The notes: generated by a model not told the origin, from the sequence alone. A stretch of 64,000 nucleotides of DNA from an uncultured Bacilli bacterium (GCA_910584165.1 CAJTZU010000001.1:200321-264320), one strand, 5' to 3'. Positions 8,829 to 18,826 are shown, counted from the first letter of the stretch. Numbers and translations: made by a program.

Positions 8829-10568
8829 CTAAAAACCACTTCGTTTAAACATTTTTTCTAAGTCTTGCTTAGAATAATAAATAACGGTTGGTCTTCCATG
8901 CGGACAATTAAATGGATTTTCACATTTTCTTAAATCTGAAATTAAATTATCCATTTCTTCTAATGTAATATTTGTATTTGCCTTAATACTCATTTTACAA
9001 GCAGCTGTTGCCGATACATGATCATAGAATAATTGCAAGTCAAAATTTTTCTCTCTATAAATGACAGTTTCTAATATTTTTCGAATATTATCTTCTTCAT
9101 ATTCATTTGGAATCCATACAGGATGAGCTTTTATAATAACAGAATTTATACCAAATTCATCAATATCAAAATTCATTTCTCTCAACAAATCAAAATTTTC
9201 TTTTAATATTACAAACTCATTCGTAGGATATTCCAAAGTAAGTGGAAATAATAAAGCGATAGATTCTTTTTTGGGATGTAACAACTTTTCTTTTACTTTT
9301 TCATAGTTAATTCTTTCTTTGGCAGCATGTTGGTCAATTAAATACATTCCTAATTCATTTTGACAAATAATATAAGTCCCATGCACTAAGCCTACCGGAT
9401 ATAATGGAGGCAATTTTTCAGGCACATCTTCATGGACTTCAATTTCTTCCTCAAAAATAAAGTCAGGATTTACCATAAGTGGCTCTTCTGGTTCTTTTAC
9501 TTCATCAAACGATAAAGTAATCTCTTCATATATTTTTTTAGGAGTTTCTTTTACTGCTTCTTTTTTTTCAATATGAGGAATTAAAGTTTTTTTCTTCAAT
9601 GCTTCTTTAATCATATTATATACAAGTTGATTCAATTCCTCTTGCTTTCCAAATTTAATATCCATTTTCGTAGGATGAATATTTACATCTACAATACTAG
9701 TATCTACTGTAATATTCAATACAACAATTGGATATCTATTTTCTGGTTGATAAGAATGATAGGCATCTTGAATATAACGGTTTAATTCCTGATTACGAAC
9801 AATCCTACCATTTACTAATGTAATCATTCCATTTCGATTAGAACGATGAAGTTCTGGCAAACTCACATATCCATCTATTTCATAATCAGCATTAGAAGAA
9901 TGAACTTCTAGCATTTTTTTAGCAATGCTTGCTCCATAAATATAATGAATAACTTTTAATAATTGGCCACTTCCATCTGTCTTTAATATTTCTTTTCCAT
10001 CGTTACTTAATAAAAATCGAATTTCTGGATGGGAAAGCGCTAATTTATTCATATATTCAGTGATGTTGGCAAGTTCTGCATATAAACTTTTTAAATGTTT
10101 TAATCTAGCAGGAGTATTAAAGAAAAGTTCCCTTACACAAATAATAGTTCCTTTTCTGCTATCCCCTTTAGCAGTGGATAACAGTTTACCACCTTCCATC
10201 ATAACAACAGTGCCTATTTCTCCTGTAGAAGTGGATAATGTAATCTTAGAAACAGCTGCAATAGAAGCTAAAGCTTCTCCTCTAAAACCTAATGTACCAA
10301 TTCTATATAAATCTTCTTCTCGATATATTTTACTAGTGGCGTGTCTAGAAAAACAAAGTAAAGCATCTTCTTCACTCATTCCTTTTCCATTATCAATCAC
10401 TTTTATTTCTTTCGTACCAGACTCTAATAATTCTACTTTAATTTCTGTACTCCCAGCATCTATACTATTTTCTACTAATTCTTTTACTACCGAAGAGCAT
10501 CTTTCTACTACTTCCCCAGCAGCAATTTTATTTGCAAGGATTTCATCTAATACTTTGATAACTGCCAT
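8829..10568 (-). CDS. mutL: DNA mismatch repair protein MutL
   Basis: GHKL ATPase N-terminus (IAAGEVVERCSSVVKELVENSIDAG, DNGKGM, GFRGEAL). MutL C-terminal domain with the QHAAKERI motif. Confidence 0.95.
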   Translation of the reverse strand: MAVIKVLDEILANKIAAGEVVERCSSVVKELVENSIDAGSTEIKVELLESGTKEIKVIDNGKGMSEEDALLCFSRHATSKIYREEDLYRIGTLGFRGEALASIAAVSKITLSTSTGEIGTVVMMEGGKLLSTAKGDSRKGTIICVRELFFNTPARLKHLKSLYAELANITEYMNKLALSHPEIRFLLSNDGKEILKTDGSGQLLKVIHYIYGASIAKKMLEVHSSNADYEIDGYVSLPELHRSNRNGMITLVNGRIVRNQELNRYIQDAYHSYQPENRYPIVVLNITVDTSIVDVNIHPTKMDIKFGKQEELNQLVYNMIKEALKKKTLIPHIEKKEAVKETPKKIYEEITLSFDEVKEPEEPLMVNPDFIFEEEIEVHEDVPEKLPPLYPVGLVHGTYIICQNELGMYLIDQHAAKERINYEKVKEKLLHPKKESIALLFPLTLEYPTNEFVILKENFDLLREMNFDIDEFGINSVIIKAHPVWIPNEYEEDNIRKILETVIYREKNFDLQLFYDHVSATAACKMSIKANTNITLEEMDNLISDLRKCENPFNCPHGRPTVIYYSKQDLEKMFKRSGF

Positions 10569-10622
10569 ATTTTATCCTCCTATACCTCTTTATTATATCA
10601 TGAAAACGAGAAATCTCCTATT

Positions 10623-11399
10623 CTATTCTGATGTTAGAAAATTACTTTTTATAAAAACTTTTGGAGAATCTTTTTCTTCATATATCGTTGAATTATCTAT
10701 CCAAAATGTATTCCAGTTAAGTTTCTTTGTCTTCCTATTGACTACTAATTGTAATAACTGATTTGCTAATTTTCCTTTTTGAATATCTTCTTCTGATAAT
10801 TTTCTTTTATATTTTTTTATCATATCAACAGCTAAAAACTGAAAAGAAGTTTCTAAATAAAATTCAGCCATAACTGCTAGAAGAATTTCTTCTGACTGAT
10901 TTCCTAATAACTGAAGAATAGTTTCATACTTACTTGCATAATCTTCTACACTATAAATAGTTTCTCTAGCATTTCTAATCAATTCTGCCACTTCTTCTGT
11001 CAACGTAAAAAGATAATTTTTAATAGGCGCTATTTCTTTTTCAGAATCTATTACTTTTTTCAATCTATTTTTTACTTTTTTACTATTTGGATCTATCCTT
11101 GCATTCTCTAAGAGAATTTCTTTTACCCTTTCATGATTACCTGATTTTTGTTCTAATTGCATAAGCTCAAATAATATTTTCCCATTTGGAGACAATTGAT
11201 ATAAAGTTTCTAGCCATCTTTTTTGTTCTGAAATATCTCCCAACTTTTTTAAATTTCTGATAAGTGCATTTATCAATTTTAAATTAGTAGGCGCTAAAAA
11301 AAGAGCCTCCTCTAGATACATTTTCTCTAACATATAATCTTTTTCTTTTCTTGCTTGCTTTGATAATTCAAACAGTTTATAAACACTTAATCCTTTCAA
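10623..11399 (-). CDS. Hypothetical helical-repeat (TPR-like) protein
   Basis: 258-aa helical, Leu/Glu/Lys-rich ORF. The TPR-like assignment is weak. Confidence 0.5.
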   Translation of the reverse strand: MKGLSVYKLFELSKQARKEKDYMLEKMYLEEALFLAPTNLKLINALIRNLKKLGDISEQKRWLETLYQLSPNGKILFELMQLEQKSGNHERVKEILLENARIDPNSKKVKNRLKKVIDSEKEIAPIKNYLFTLTEEVAELIRNARETIYSVEDYASKYETILQLLGNQSEEILLAVMAEFYLETSFQFLAVDMIKKYKRKLSEEDIQKGKLANQLLQLVVNRKTKKLNWNTFWIDNSTIYEEKDSPKVFIKSNFLTSE

Positions 11400-11444
11400 A
11401 AGAATTCACCACCTAATCTACCAATCAGCAAAAATAATTATCCC

Positions 11445-11477
11445 CAAAAAAGAAGAAATATTATAGTATTTCTTCTT
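11445..11477 (-). terminator. Intrinsic terminator after sufS
   Basis: 11-bp perfect stem AAGAAGAAATA/TATTTCTTCTT spanning the stop codon, then TTTTT. Confidence 0.65.
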
Positions 11478-12651
11478 TGATATTTGGATTTTTTAAAGCA
11501 CTTACTAATTTATCTATTTCTTCTTTTGTATTATAAAAATATAGACTCATACGACAAGTATTTTTGATTCCTAAGTCGTCTTTTAAAATTTTCGCACAAT
11601 GATTTCCTGCTCTTACACAGATTTGATACTTATTTAAATAAATAGCTAAATCTTGTGAAAAAATATCTTTGATATTAAAAGTGATAATTCCTGCTTCACT
11701 AGTTTCATTATATAAAATAATATTAGGAACTTCTTTTAACTTTTGTATTGCATAATTTCTTAATTCTTTTTCATAGGCTTCAATTCTATCCATTCCAATT
11801 GTATCTAAATATTCTATTATAGCGCCGAAACCAATTACAGCAGCAATAGAAGGAGTTCCTGCTTCAAAAAAGTGAGGAATTTCATTATAAATAACTGTTC
11901 CGTCAAATTCAAAAGAAGAATTCATTCCTCCTCCTACTATCAAGGGGCGAAACTGCTTTAATAATTTTTCCTTGCCATAAAGAACACCTAGACCAGTGGG
12001 TCCACACATTTTATGAGCGGAAAACGCTAAAAAGTCTATATCCAAATCTTTGACATCAACAGGCATATGGGGAATACTTTGTGCTCCATCACAAACAACT
12101 AATATATTTTTCTCATGAGCCAATTTTGTAATCTCTTTTATTGGTCGCAAATCCCCTACTACATTTGTAACATGGGCAAGAGAAATTACTTTTGTTTTTT
12201 CAGTAATACTCTTTTCAACTTGCTCTAACGATACTTTTAAATTGTCATCTAATGGTATATAGTTAATAGTAATTCCTTTTCTCTTTTTTAATTCAAACCA
12301 AGGAAGAACATTAGATGCATGCTCTGCTTTTGTAATCAGAACTTCATCTCCCTCTTGTAAATAGTCTTCAAAAAAGCCCCATACAATTTTTGAAAGAGTA
12401 TCTGTAGCATTATTAGTAAAAGCTACTTCATTCGTATTCGCATTAATAAAATTACTGACTAAATATCTAGTACGCCCAAATAAAGTATCCACTTTTAAGC
12501 TAATATCATAATCCCCTCTATGGGCATTTGCACTATAATGATTATAATATTCACTAATTGTATCAGCAAGAACTTTAGGTTTTAAAGTAGTTGCTCCACT
12601 ATCCAAATAAATAATATCATCTTGAAGCATTAAAAAGTCTTCACGATTCAT
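11461..12651 (-). CDS. sufS: Cysteine desulfurase, SufS/CsdA class II
   Basis: PLP-lysine motif SAHKMCGPTGLG and active-site RAGNHCA. Lies downstream of sufC and sufD-like genes. Confidence 0.9.
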   Translation of the reverse strand: MNREDFLMLQDDIIYLDSGATTLKPKVLADTISEYYNHYSANAHRGDYDISLKVDTLFGRTRYLVSNFINANTNEVAFTNNATDTLSKIVWGFFEDYLQEGDEVLITKAEHASNVLPWFELKKRKGITINYIPLDDNLKVSLEQVEKSITEKTKVISLAHVTNVVGDLRPIKEITKLAHEKNILVVCDGAQSIPHMPVDVKDLDIDFLAFSAHKMCGPTGLGVLYGKEKLLKQFRPLIVGGGMNSSFEFDGTVIYNEIPHFFEAGTPSIAAVIGFGAIIEYLDTIGMDRIEAYEKELRNYAIQKLKEVPNIILYNETSEAGIITFNIKDIFSQDLAIYLNKYQICVRAGNHCAKILKDDLGIKNTCRMSLYFYNTKEEIDKLVSALKNPNIKEEIL

Positions 12652-12657
12652 TTTCTA

Positions 12658-13455
12658 TCACCTCCACTCATCTTTTATAGCATGAATAATTTCTTTCTGC
12701 ATTCTTTTATTAGAAATATCACTTAATAAAAATCCATTTAACAATAATTTAGTTGCTTCCATCTTAGAAATTCCTCTACTCTGTAGATAAAACATTTCCT
12801 CACTACTAAACTTTCCAATAAGGGCAGAATGATTCGCTATAACATCATACTCATCAATATAAAGATTTGGTCTAATTTCATTCTTTTTCTCATTTAAACT
12901 AATAATGCGATTACTCTGATTGGCAACACAACCTTTTTTTCCTTTTGGAACAAAAGTAGATACTTGAATGGTAGATTTTCCACCCTTTATACTAAAAATA
13001 TTATTCTTTATATTACTACTAGTATTTTTTTCATCATGATAGACATAATAATCTAATGTTTCTTTTCCAATACACATATCTTTTAATTGGTAATCAAATT
13101 GTGCATTTTCTCCTAGTAAATGAACGGCCATCATTTCTTTTCCAACAGGAACTTTTTGAAATTTAAATACATGCAAAATTCCATTTTCTAAAACATCATA
13201 ATTATATTGTACTTTACTATTTTCTAGTCTTTGATACAAATAAAGGTTAAAAGTTACATTTTTTTCCACTAATATTTTTATTCTTATTTTTTTAGCATTT
13301 GAAGTTAAATCTAACTCTAAATCGCAATCCTTAGAACAACAAATTTCTAAAGAAGCAATATCAAATTCATTTTCAGATGGTTTTAACGAAAAAGAGATTT
13401 TTTTAGGTATTTTTAATTCTACAATTTCATTTTCAATAACTTTTATTCTATTCAT
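12658..13455 (-). CDS. sufD: SufB/SufD family Fe-S assembly protein (short, about 265 aa)
   Basis: C-terminal SufBD signature (PNLYIDEYDVIANHSALIGKFSSEEMFYLQSRGISKMEATKLL). I prefer the start at the internal ATG 13455 (MNRIKV), which removes the 41-nt overlap with sufC. Confidence 0.75.
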   Translation of the reverse strand: MNRIKVIENEIVELKIPKKISFSLKPSENEFDIASLEICCSKDCDLELDLTSNAKKIRIKILVEKNVTFNLYLYQRLENSKVQYNYDVLENGILHVFKFQKVPVGKEMMAVHLLGENAQFDYQLKDMCIGKETLDYYVYHDEKNTSSNIKNNIFSIKGGKSTIQVSTFVPKGKKGCVANQSNRIISLNEKKNEIRPNLYIDEYDVIANHSALIGKFSSEEMFYLQSRGISKMEATKLLLNGFLLSDISNKRMQKEIIHAIKDEWR

Positions 13456-14236
13456 TTTTAGTAAGTTCCCTAACTGCACAAGTGCCAAGCTCTATCTTTT
13501 TTTTCTCTATTTTTTCATAACCATTTTTTTCAATATAATCTACTAAGCTAAAATCCCCACTTTTTACTATCCTTCCATTCATCATAATATGCACATATTC
13601 GGGTTTGATATATTCGAGTAGCCTACGATAATGCGTAATTAATAAAACACCACAATTGCTATTTTTTTGATATTCTGTTACATTTTCTCCTACTATCTTT
13701 AAACTATCTACATCTAGACCAGAATCTATTTCATCTAAAAGAACCATAGATGGTTTTAATAAATACATTTGAAGAATTTCATTTTTTTTGCGTTCTCCAC
13801 CACTAAACCCTTGATTAACACCACGATTAATCATCTCTTGCTCCATTCCTAACTTTTCAATAGTTCCTTCTAATTCTTTAATAAAAGGAAACAATTTAAA
13901 TTTTGTCTTCTCTTTAGAAGAAACAATGGTACGTAAAAAATCAGCATTGGTTACTCCTTCAATAGCAATAGGAGACTGCATTCCTAAAAATATTCCTAGG
14001 TGCGCCCTTTCATCAACTGGTAATTTCGTGATATCTTTTTTATCATAAAGAATTTTTCCATTTTCTATCACATAGCTATCATCGCCCATAATCACTTTCG
14101 TAAGCGTACTTTTACCAGTACCATTTGGTCCCATTATCGCATGAATTTCTCCACTATTTATTGTCAAAGAAAAATTAGAAAGGATTGTTTTACCTTCTAC
14201 TGTTACTGTTAAATCCATTATCTCAAGTGTGTGCAT
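13448..14236 (-). CDS. sufC: Fe-S cluster assembly ATPase SufC
   Basis: Walker A GPNGTGKST, ABC signature FSGGERKK and Walker B LLDEIDSGLD. Confidence 0.92.
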   Translation of the reverse strand: MHTLEIMDLTVTVEGKTILSNFSLTINSGEIHAIMGPNGTGKSTLTKVIMGDDSYVIENGKILYDKKDITKLPVDERAHLGIFLGMQSPIAIEGVTNADFLRTIVSSKEKTKFKLFPFIKELEGTIEKLGMEQEMINRGVNQGFSGGERKKNEILQMYLLKPSMVLLDEIDSGLDVDSLKIVGENVTEYQKNSNCGVLLITHYRRLLEYIKPEYVHIMMNGRIVKSGDFSLVDYIEKNGYEKIEKKKIELGTCAVRELTKNE

Positions 14237-14268
14237 CTAACCATCTCCTCTTTGTATTATACTAAAAA

Positions 14269-14297
14269 TTCAAAAAAAACAAAAGAACTTGTATAAT
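14269..14297 (+). promoter_or_regulatory. Promoter-like element in the sufC/hit divergent region
   Basis: TTCAAA, a 17-nt spacer, then TATAAT. It is followed by a hairpin (14325-14344) and a terminator-like hairpin (14348-14372). Confidence 0.35.
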
Positions 14298-14347
14298 ATT
14301 TATCCATATTTTCCATAATACTAGTGAATATCCGCAAGTATTCATGG

Positions 14348-14372
14348 AAAACGAGACTTCTCGTTTTTTTTT
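14348..14372 (+). terminator. Terminator-like hairpin plus T-run upstream of hit
   Basis: AAAACGAG-ACTT-CTCGTTTT followed by TTTTT. There is no upstream plus-strand gene for it to terminate. Confidence 0.45.
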
Positions 14373-14407
14373 AAAGTTATGTTATAATAAATACGGAGTG
14401 TGAAAAT

Positions 14408-14776
14408 ATGAATGATTGCTTATTTTGTAAAATTATAAAAGGAGATATTCCTTGTTTTCAAGTATATGAAGACGAAGTAGTTGTTGCTTTCTTAGACATT
14501 AATCCTGAAAGTAATGGGCATACTTTAATTATCCCCAAAAAACATTATAAAGATTTATTGGATATTGATAGTAATACGCTAAGCCATATTATAGAAGTTG
14601 CTAAAAATTTAATGAAACTACTAGAAGAAAAACTAGGTTGTAGTGGATTTACACTTGTTCAAAATAATGGAGAGGTTCAAGAAATAAACCATTTTCATCT
14701 TCATATCAAACCATATTATCATAAAAAAGAAGAGTTAGAAAAACCAGAAAATATCTTAAAAAAACTATCAGAATAA
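14408..14776 (+). CDS. HIT family nucleotide hydrolase/transferase
   Basis: Histidine triad motif HFHLHIKP. N-terminus CLFCKII is typical of Hint proteins. Confidence 0.9.
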   Translation: MNDCLFCKIIKGDIPCFQVYEDEVVVAFLDINPESNGHTLIIPKKHYKDLLDIDSNTLSHIIEVAKNLMKLLEEKLGCSGFTLVQNNGEVQEINHFHLHIKPYYHKKEELEKPENILKKLSE

Positions 14777-14788
14777 TCTGATAGTTTT
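14761..14788. terminator. Bidirectional terminator between convergent hit and the zinc-ribbon gene
   Basis: AAAACTATCAGA-ATAA-TCTGATAGTTTT, a 12-bp stem flanked by A and T runs. Confidence 0.7.
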
Positions 14789-15581
14789 ATTTTATACTTG
14801 CAACTACATCTGCAATATCTTTAAATATATTAAAATCTTCTTTAAAGTAATAATCAGTTGCAGTTATTAAAATAGTATCTTGTTCATTAATAGCTACATA
14901 AGCACACATTGTATAAATGTCTTTATACCTTTTAGATACAATTAGATATTCTTTTTCATTATACGTTTTATATTGAATATTGGATATGTCATAAATATCT
15001 AATCCTAATTCTTTTTTTATTTCTGCTTCATTTGCCTTATAATCACTATACTTCTTAATTGCAAATTCTAATTGATAATTCGCTTTTGTTTGTAGATTAT
15101 TCATATACAAATAATCTCCTATCAATTCATACCTGTCTATCGTTGCTTCATATTCATTCGGAATAAATACTGTATACTTTCCAAAACTAGTACTTCCTAC
15201 TACTTTATTGTCATCAGAATTGGTATTCGTATTCGAGTTTGTATTCGTATTTACTCCAGTATTAGAATTTGTACTTGAGTTTGTATTACTGTCTATTTTA
15301 TTTGTATTCTCACTACTAGAAAAATTAGAATTATCATTTTCTTTCTTAGAAGAATTAGCAGATTGTACTATCATAATAATAGAAATTACTGTTGCTACTA
15401 AAATTACTATTATAATAGAAATTCCAATATAAATTGTTTTTTTATTATTAGATTGTTTAGGTATTATTTGATTATTCATTTCTGTTGAAACTGGTAGTTT
15501 TTCCTTTTCACAAGTAGTACCACAATTCATACAAAAAGAATATCCGTCTTGAATAGGTTCCCCGCAATGTTTACATTGCAT
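14787..15581 (-). CDS. Zinc-ribbon membrane protein with a low-complexity Asn/Ser/Thr linker
   Basis: N-terminal CxxC...CxxC (CKHCGEPI...CMNCG), one TM helix and a (NTNS)n tract. Confidence 0.65.
   Translation of the reverse strand: MQCKHCGEPIQDGYSFCMNCGTTCEKEKLPVSTEMNNQIIPKQSNNKKTIYIGISIIIVILVATVISIIMIVQSANSSKKENDNSNFSSSENTNKIDSNTNSSTNSNTGVNTNTNSNTNTNSDDNKVVGSTSFGKYTVFIPNEYEATIDRYELIGDYLYMNNLQTKANYQLEFAIKKYSDYKANEAEIKKELGLDIYDISNIQYKTYNEKEYLIVSKRYKDIYTMCAYVAINEQDTILITATDYYFKEDFNIFKDIADVVASIK
15215..15295 (-). repeat. Imperfect short coding repeats (NTNSNT tract)
   Basis: Reiterated GTATTCG/GAGTTT units encoding NSSTNSNTGVNTNTNSNTNTNS. Confidence 0.6.
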
Positions 15582-15679
15582 AATATCCTCTCCTATTTTC
15601 TATAGTATATAGAGTATCATGTTTTGAATGGATTGTAAATAAATTTAGTTTTATCCTCTTTTGAATTTACAATGTTATA

Positions 15680-15701
15680 CAAAAAAAGCTATTTAATAGC
15701 T
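15680..15701 (-). terminator. Terminator after pnp
   Basis: Minus strand: AGCTAT-TAA-ATAGCT then TTTTTTT. The stem is short and the loop is 3 nt. Confidence 0.45.
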
Positions 15702-17821
15702 TCTTTTCTTGATAGATTAAGGCGTCCTCTATTATCATATCCCATGCATTTAACGATAATTTCGTCCCCTTCTTTTACAACATCTTCTACTTTTTCAACT
15801 CGTTCTAAAGAAAGTTGACCAATATGCACCATTCCTTCACATCCTGGCCATAATTCTACGAAACAACCTTTGTCACTTAATATTTTAACAACTTTACCAG
15901 TATAAATTTTATCCGTTTCTGGTTCTCTTACAATGTCTTTAATACGATTAGCAGTTGCTTCTATAATCTCTTTATTAGTGTGATAAATAATAACTCTACC
16001 ATCATCTTCTAAATCTACTTTAACTGCATTGATATCATTAACAGCTGTGACATTACTGCACTCTAAGATAATCTTAGTAATGGTTTCTCCACCTTTTCCA
16101 ATAACTTCTTTAATCTTATCTGGATTAATCATAAATGTCATTGTCTTTGGCGCATACTCAGATACTTCTGGTCTTGGTTCTGGAATTTGAGCAGTAATCA
16201 CATCTAGAATTTGCATACGTGCTTCACGAGCTTGCGCTAAAGCTTCTTTTAAGATTTGTTCAGTAATTCCTTTAATCTTAATATCCATCTGAAGAGCACA
16301 AATTCCGTCTTTTGTTCCTGCTACTTTAAAGTCCATATCTCCTAAGTGGTCTTCCATACCTTGAATATCTGTTAATATTGTATAGTCATCCCCGTAAGTA
16401 ATAAGTCCCATAGCAATACCAGCAACTGGTGCTTTAATAGGAACACCGGCTGCCATTAAACTCATACATCCAGCACAAATGCTTGCTTGTGAAGAAGAAC
16501 CATTACTTTCTAAGATTTCACTTACAACACGAATGGTATATGGGAATTCATCCTCTGATGGAATTACTTGGGCAAGAGCTCTTTCTCCTAAAGCACCATG
16601 ACCAATTTCTCTTCTTCCAGGAGAGCCATAACGTCCAGTCTCTCCAACACTAAATTGTGGAAAGTTATAATGTAACATAAATCTTTTTTCTGTTTCTAAA
16701 TCAAGACCATCTAAAATCTGATGTTCTCCTAAAGCACCTAATGTTGTAACACTTAAGCTCTGTGTTTCTCCACGAGTAAATAAAGCAGAACCGTGAGTTC
16801 TTGGAAGTAGGTCAATATCTGTTGATAATGGTCTAATCTCTGTCATCGCACGTCCGTCTGCACGAACTCTCTCTTTTACAACAATCGCTCTAAATAAATC
16901 GTATTCTACGCTTTCTAAAATTAATTTTACTTTCGTTAAAAGTTCCCTTAAGACATCATCTTCTAACTCTTTATTCTCTTCTTCATATTTAGCAACAATA
17001 CGTTCCTTGATTTCGTCAATTGCTGCATATTTCTCTAATTTATCTTTAATACGTAATGCTTTATCTAAATCTGCAGAGCATAAAGAGGTAACTTCTGCTT
17101 TTAATTCTTCTGTAATTTCTAAAACATCATATTCCATCTTTTCTACGCCAACATCAGCAATAATTTCTTCCTCAAAAGCAATTAACTCTTTAATAGCTTC
17201 ATGACCAAACATTAATGCTTTTAACATATCTTCTTCTGATACTTCTTTAGCACCTGCTTCTACCATATTGATAGCCTCTTTAGTTCCAGCAACCGTAAGT
17301 TCAATATCAGAAACTTCTGCTTGCTCTGCAGTTGGATTAATTACAAATTCTCCATTTACTCTTCCTACTTTCACTCCTGCAATAGGTCCTTCAAATGGGA
17401 TTTTAGAAATAGAAGTTGCTAAAGAAGAACCAAACATTGCTGTCATCTCTGGAGAGTTATCAGGATCTACACTTAATACTGTATTAACAATTTGTACTTC
17501 ATTTCTAAAGTTTTCTGGGAATAATGGTCTCATTGGTCTATCAATCATACGAGCTGCAAGGGTTGCTGCCTCCGTAGGTCTACCTTCCCTTTTAATAAAT
17601 CCCCCTGGAATCTTACCAACAGAATATAATTTTTCTTGATATAAAACCATTAATGGAAAGAAATCAGATAATACATTTGCATTCTTACTAACGACTACTG
17701 TACTTAAAATAACAGTATCTCCATAACGAACTAAAACAGACCCATGGGCTTGTTTAGCAAGTTCACCATGCTCTACTACTAACTTTCTTCCTCTAAAATC
17801 TAATTCATATACTTTTTTCAT
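15689..17821 (-). CDS. pnp: Polyribonucleotide nucleotidyltransferase (PNPase)
   Basis: Two RNase PH domains plus KH and S1 domains. I prefer the start at ATG 17821 (MKKVYELDF), which has AGGAAGGA 9 nt upstream. The track start at 17830 has no spacing to the RBS. Confidence 0.95.
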   Translation of the reverse strand: MKKVYELDFRGRKLVVEHGELAKQAHGSVLVRYGDTVILSTVVVSKNANVLSDFFPLMVLYQEKLYSVGKIPGGFIKREGRPTEAATLAARMIDRPMRPLFPENFRNEVQIVNTVLSVDPDNSPEMTAMFGSSLATSISKIPFEGPIAGVKVGRVNGEFVINPTAEQAEVSDIELTVAGTKEAINMVEAGAKEVSEEDMLKALMFGHEAIKELIAFEEEIIADVGVEKMEYDVLEITEELKAEVTSLCSADLDKALRIKDKLEKYAAIDEIKERIVAKYEEENKELEDDVLRELLTKVKLILESVEYDLFRAIVVKERVRADGRAMTEIRPLSTDIDLLPRTHGSALFTRGETQSLSVTTLGALGEHQILDGLDLETEKRFMLHYNFPQFSVGETGRYGSPGRREIGHGALGERALAQVIPSEDEFPYTIRVVSEILESNGSSSQASICAGCMSLMAAGVPIKAPVAGIAMGLITYGDDYTILTDIQGMEDHLGDMDFKVAGTKDGICALQMDIKIKGITEQILKEALAQAREARMQILDVITAQIPEPRPEVSEYAPKTMTFMINPDKIKEVIGKGGETITKIILECSNVTAVNDINAVKVDLEDDGRVIIYHTNKEIIEATANRIKDIVREPETDKIYTGKVVKILSDKGCFVELWPGCEGMVHIGQLSLERVEKVEDVVKEGDEIIVKCMGYDNRGRLNLSRKEAIK

Positions 17822-17894
17822 ACTACACATTCCTTCCTAGTAGGTTATTACTATCATACCACACTTTTATTTTCTATCATAGTCTTTTCAAGTA

Positions 17895-17920
17895 AAAGAC
17901 ACTCAAAAAAGAGTGTCTTT
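17895..17920 (-). terminator. rpsO-pnp intergenic hairpin (partial terminator/processing site)
   Basis: 10-bp stem AAAGACACTC/GAGTGTCTTT. The T-run is weak on the minus strand and strong on the plus strand. Confidence 0.5.
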
Positions 17921-17937
17921 GTTTTTTCCCTTAAATT

Positions 17938-18207
17938 TTATTTTCTTAAACCTAATTCTTTAACGACAGTACGATATCTTGTAACATCGTTTTCAATTAA
18001 ATAGTTTAATAAGCTTCTTCTTTGACCAACTTTTCTAAGTAATCCTCTTTTAGAATGATGGTCACCTGGATGCTCTTTAAAGTGTTCTGTTAAAGTATTA
18101 ATTTCTTCTGTTAAAATAGCAATTTGTACTTCAATAGATCCTGTATCGTTCGCATCTTTACCAAACTTTTTAACTAGTTCTGCTTTTTTTTCTTTTGTTA
18201 AAGCCAT
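17938..18207 (-). CDS. rpsO: 30S ribosomal protein S15
   Basis: 89 aa, with [16 protein letters not shown] typical of S15. Confidence 0.97.
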   Translation of the reverse strand: MALTKEKKAELVKKFGKDANDTGSIEVQIAILTEEINTLTEHFKEHPGDHHSKRGLLRKVGQRRSLLNYLIENDVTRYRTVVKELGLRK

Positions 18208-18290
18208 AACTCATTCTCCTTTCTCATCTACCATGCTTCTTCCTAGACAAAAGTCGGAGACTCTCAAGTCCAAGAACAAGTACTGGATAT

Positions 18291-18319
18291 AATATACAAC
18301 AAATTTATAAAATAAGCAA
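18291..18319 (-). promoter_or_regulatory. Promoter of rpsO
   Basis: Minus strand reads TTGCTT, a 17-nt spacer, then TATATT. The leader of about 75 nt contains a GGACT-TGAG-AGTCT hairpin. Confidence 0.4.
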
Positions 18320-18454
18320 GTATTTCTAGCTATCTATTTTAAATCTTCTTCTTTATTTCCGTCCGCATCAAGATTGAATTCAATAGACGTTAAATCAAAA
18401 TACTCATTAATATCATTATTGACCTGATTTTTTGTTTCTTCATCTTTTACTTTA

Positions 18455-18826
18455 TCATGCATTTTCATCACCCAATACTTCTTCCCATTCTTTTTCTTTA
18501 AATCCAACTAAAATAGTATTTTTCAAAACACAAATTGGCCTTTTTATTAGCATTCCATTAGAAGATAATAATTTTATTTTTTCTTCCAATGTATATTTTT
18601 CTAAGTTCTCCTTTAAATTTAATTCTTTATAAATTAATCCACTGGTATTAAATAATTTTTTAATAGGAATAGAATATTCTTTAATCCATCGATTGATTTC
18701 TTCTTCACTAGGAATTTCTTCTTTGATATTTTTTAACTCATAAGGGATTTTCTTTTTGTCTAAAAAAGATAAGGCTTTTTTACAAGTACTGCATTTTGGA
18801 TACCAATATACGATCAACTTTATCAC
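18455..18826 (-). CDS. ArsC/Spx family protein (YffB-like)
   Basis: N-terminal CSTC redox motif and LIKRPI near the C-terminus. 123 aa. Confidence 0.75.
   Translation of the reverse strand: MIKLIVYWYPKCSTCKKALSFLDKKKIPYELKNIKEEIPSEEEINRWIKEYSIPIKKLFNTSGLIYKELNLKENLEKYTLEEKIKLLSSNGMLIKRPICVLKNTILVGFKEKEWEEVLGDENA

Noticed and set aside
10060-10761. 233-aa plus-strand ORF antisense to mutL, extending into the next gene
   Set aside because: Its Ser/Leu/Ile/Phe-rich low-complexity translation is typical of the antisense frame of a Lys/Glu-rich AT-rich gene. It has no RBS. It spans an intergenic region and two well-supported minus-strand genes.
14256-14261. TATAAT-like hexamers immediately upstream of sufC (14256-14261) and spoIIGA (26613-26618)
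   Set aside because: They would place the transcription start within or downstream of the RBS. Such hexamers arise by chance in DNA of about 30% GC.
15215-15295. Short direct repeats considered as possible CRISPR or satellite arrays (also 24459-24508 and 29880-29950)
   Set aside because: All are in-frame low-complexity coding repeats inside ORFs. The units are 6-18 nt, there are no spacers and no cas genes are present.
17895-17927. Plus-strand terminator reading of the rpsO-pnp hairpin (stem followed by GTTTTTT on the plus strand)
   Set aside because: Nothing is transcribed on the plus strand upstream of it. It is more simply the known type of rpsO-pnp intercistronic hairpin on the minus strand, despite the weaker T-run there.
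18331-18468. 44-codon acidic minus-strand ORF (MKMHDKVKDEETKNQVNNDINEYFDLTSIEFNLDADGNKEEDLK) overlapping the ArsC-family stop
   Set aside because: There is no convincing RBS (GGGTG is directly adjacent to the ATG) and no recognisable motif. It could be real, but the evidence is insufficient.
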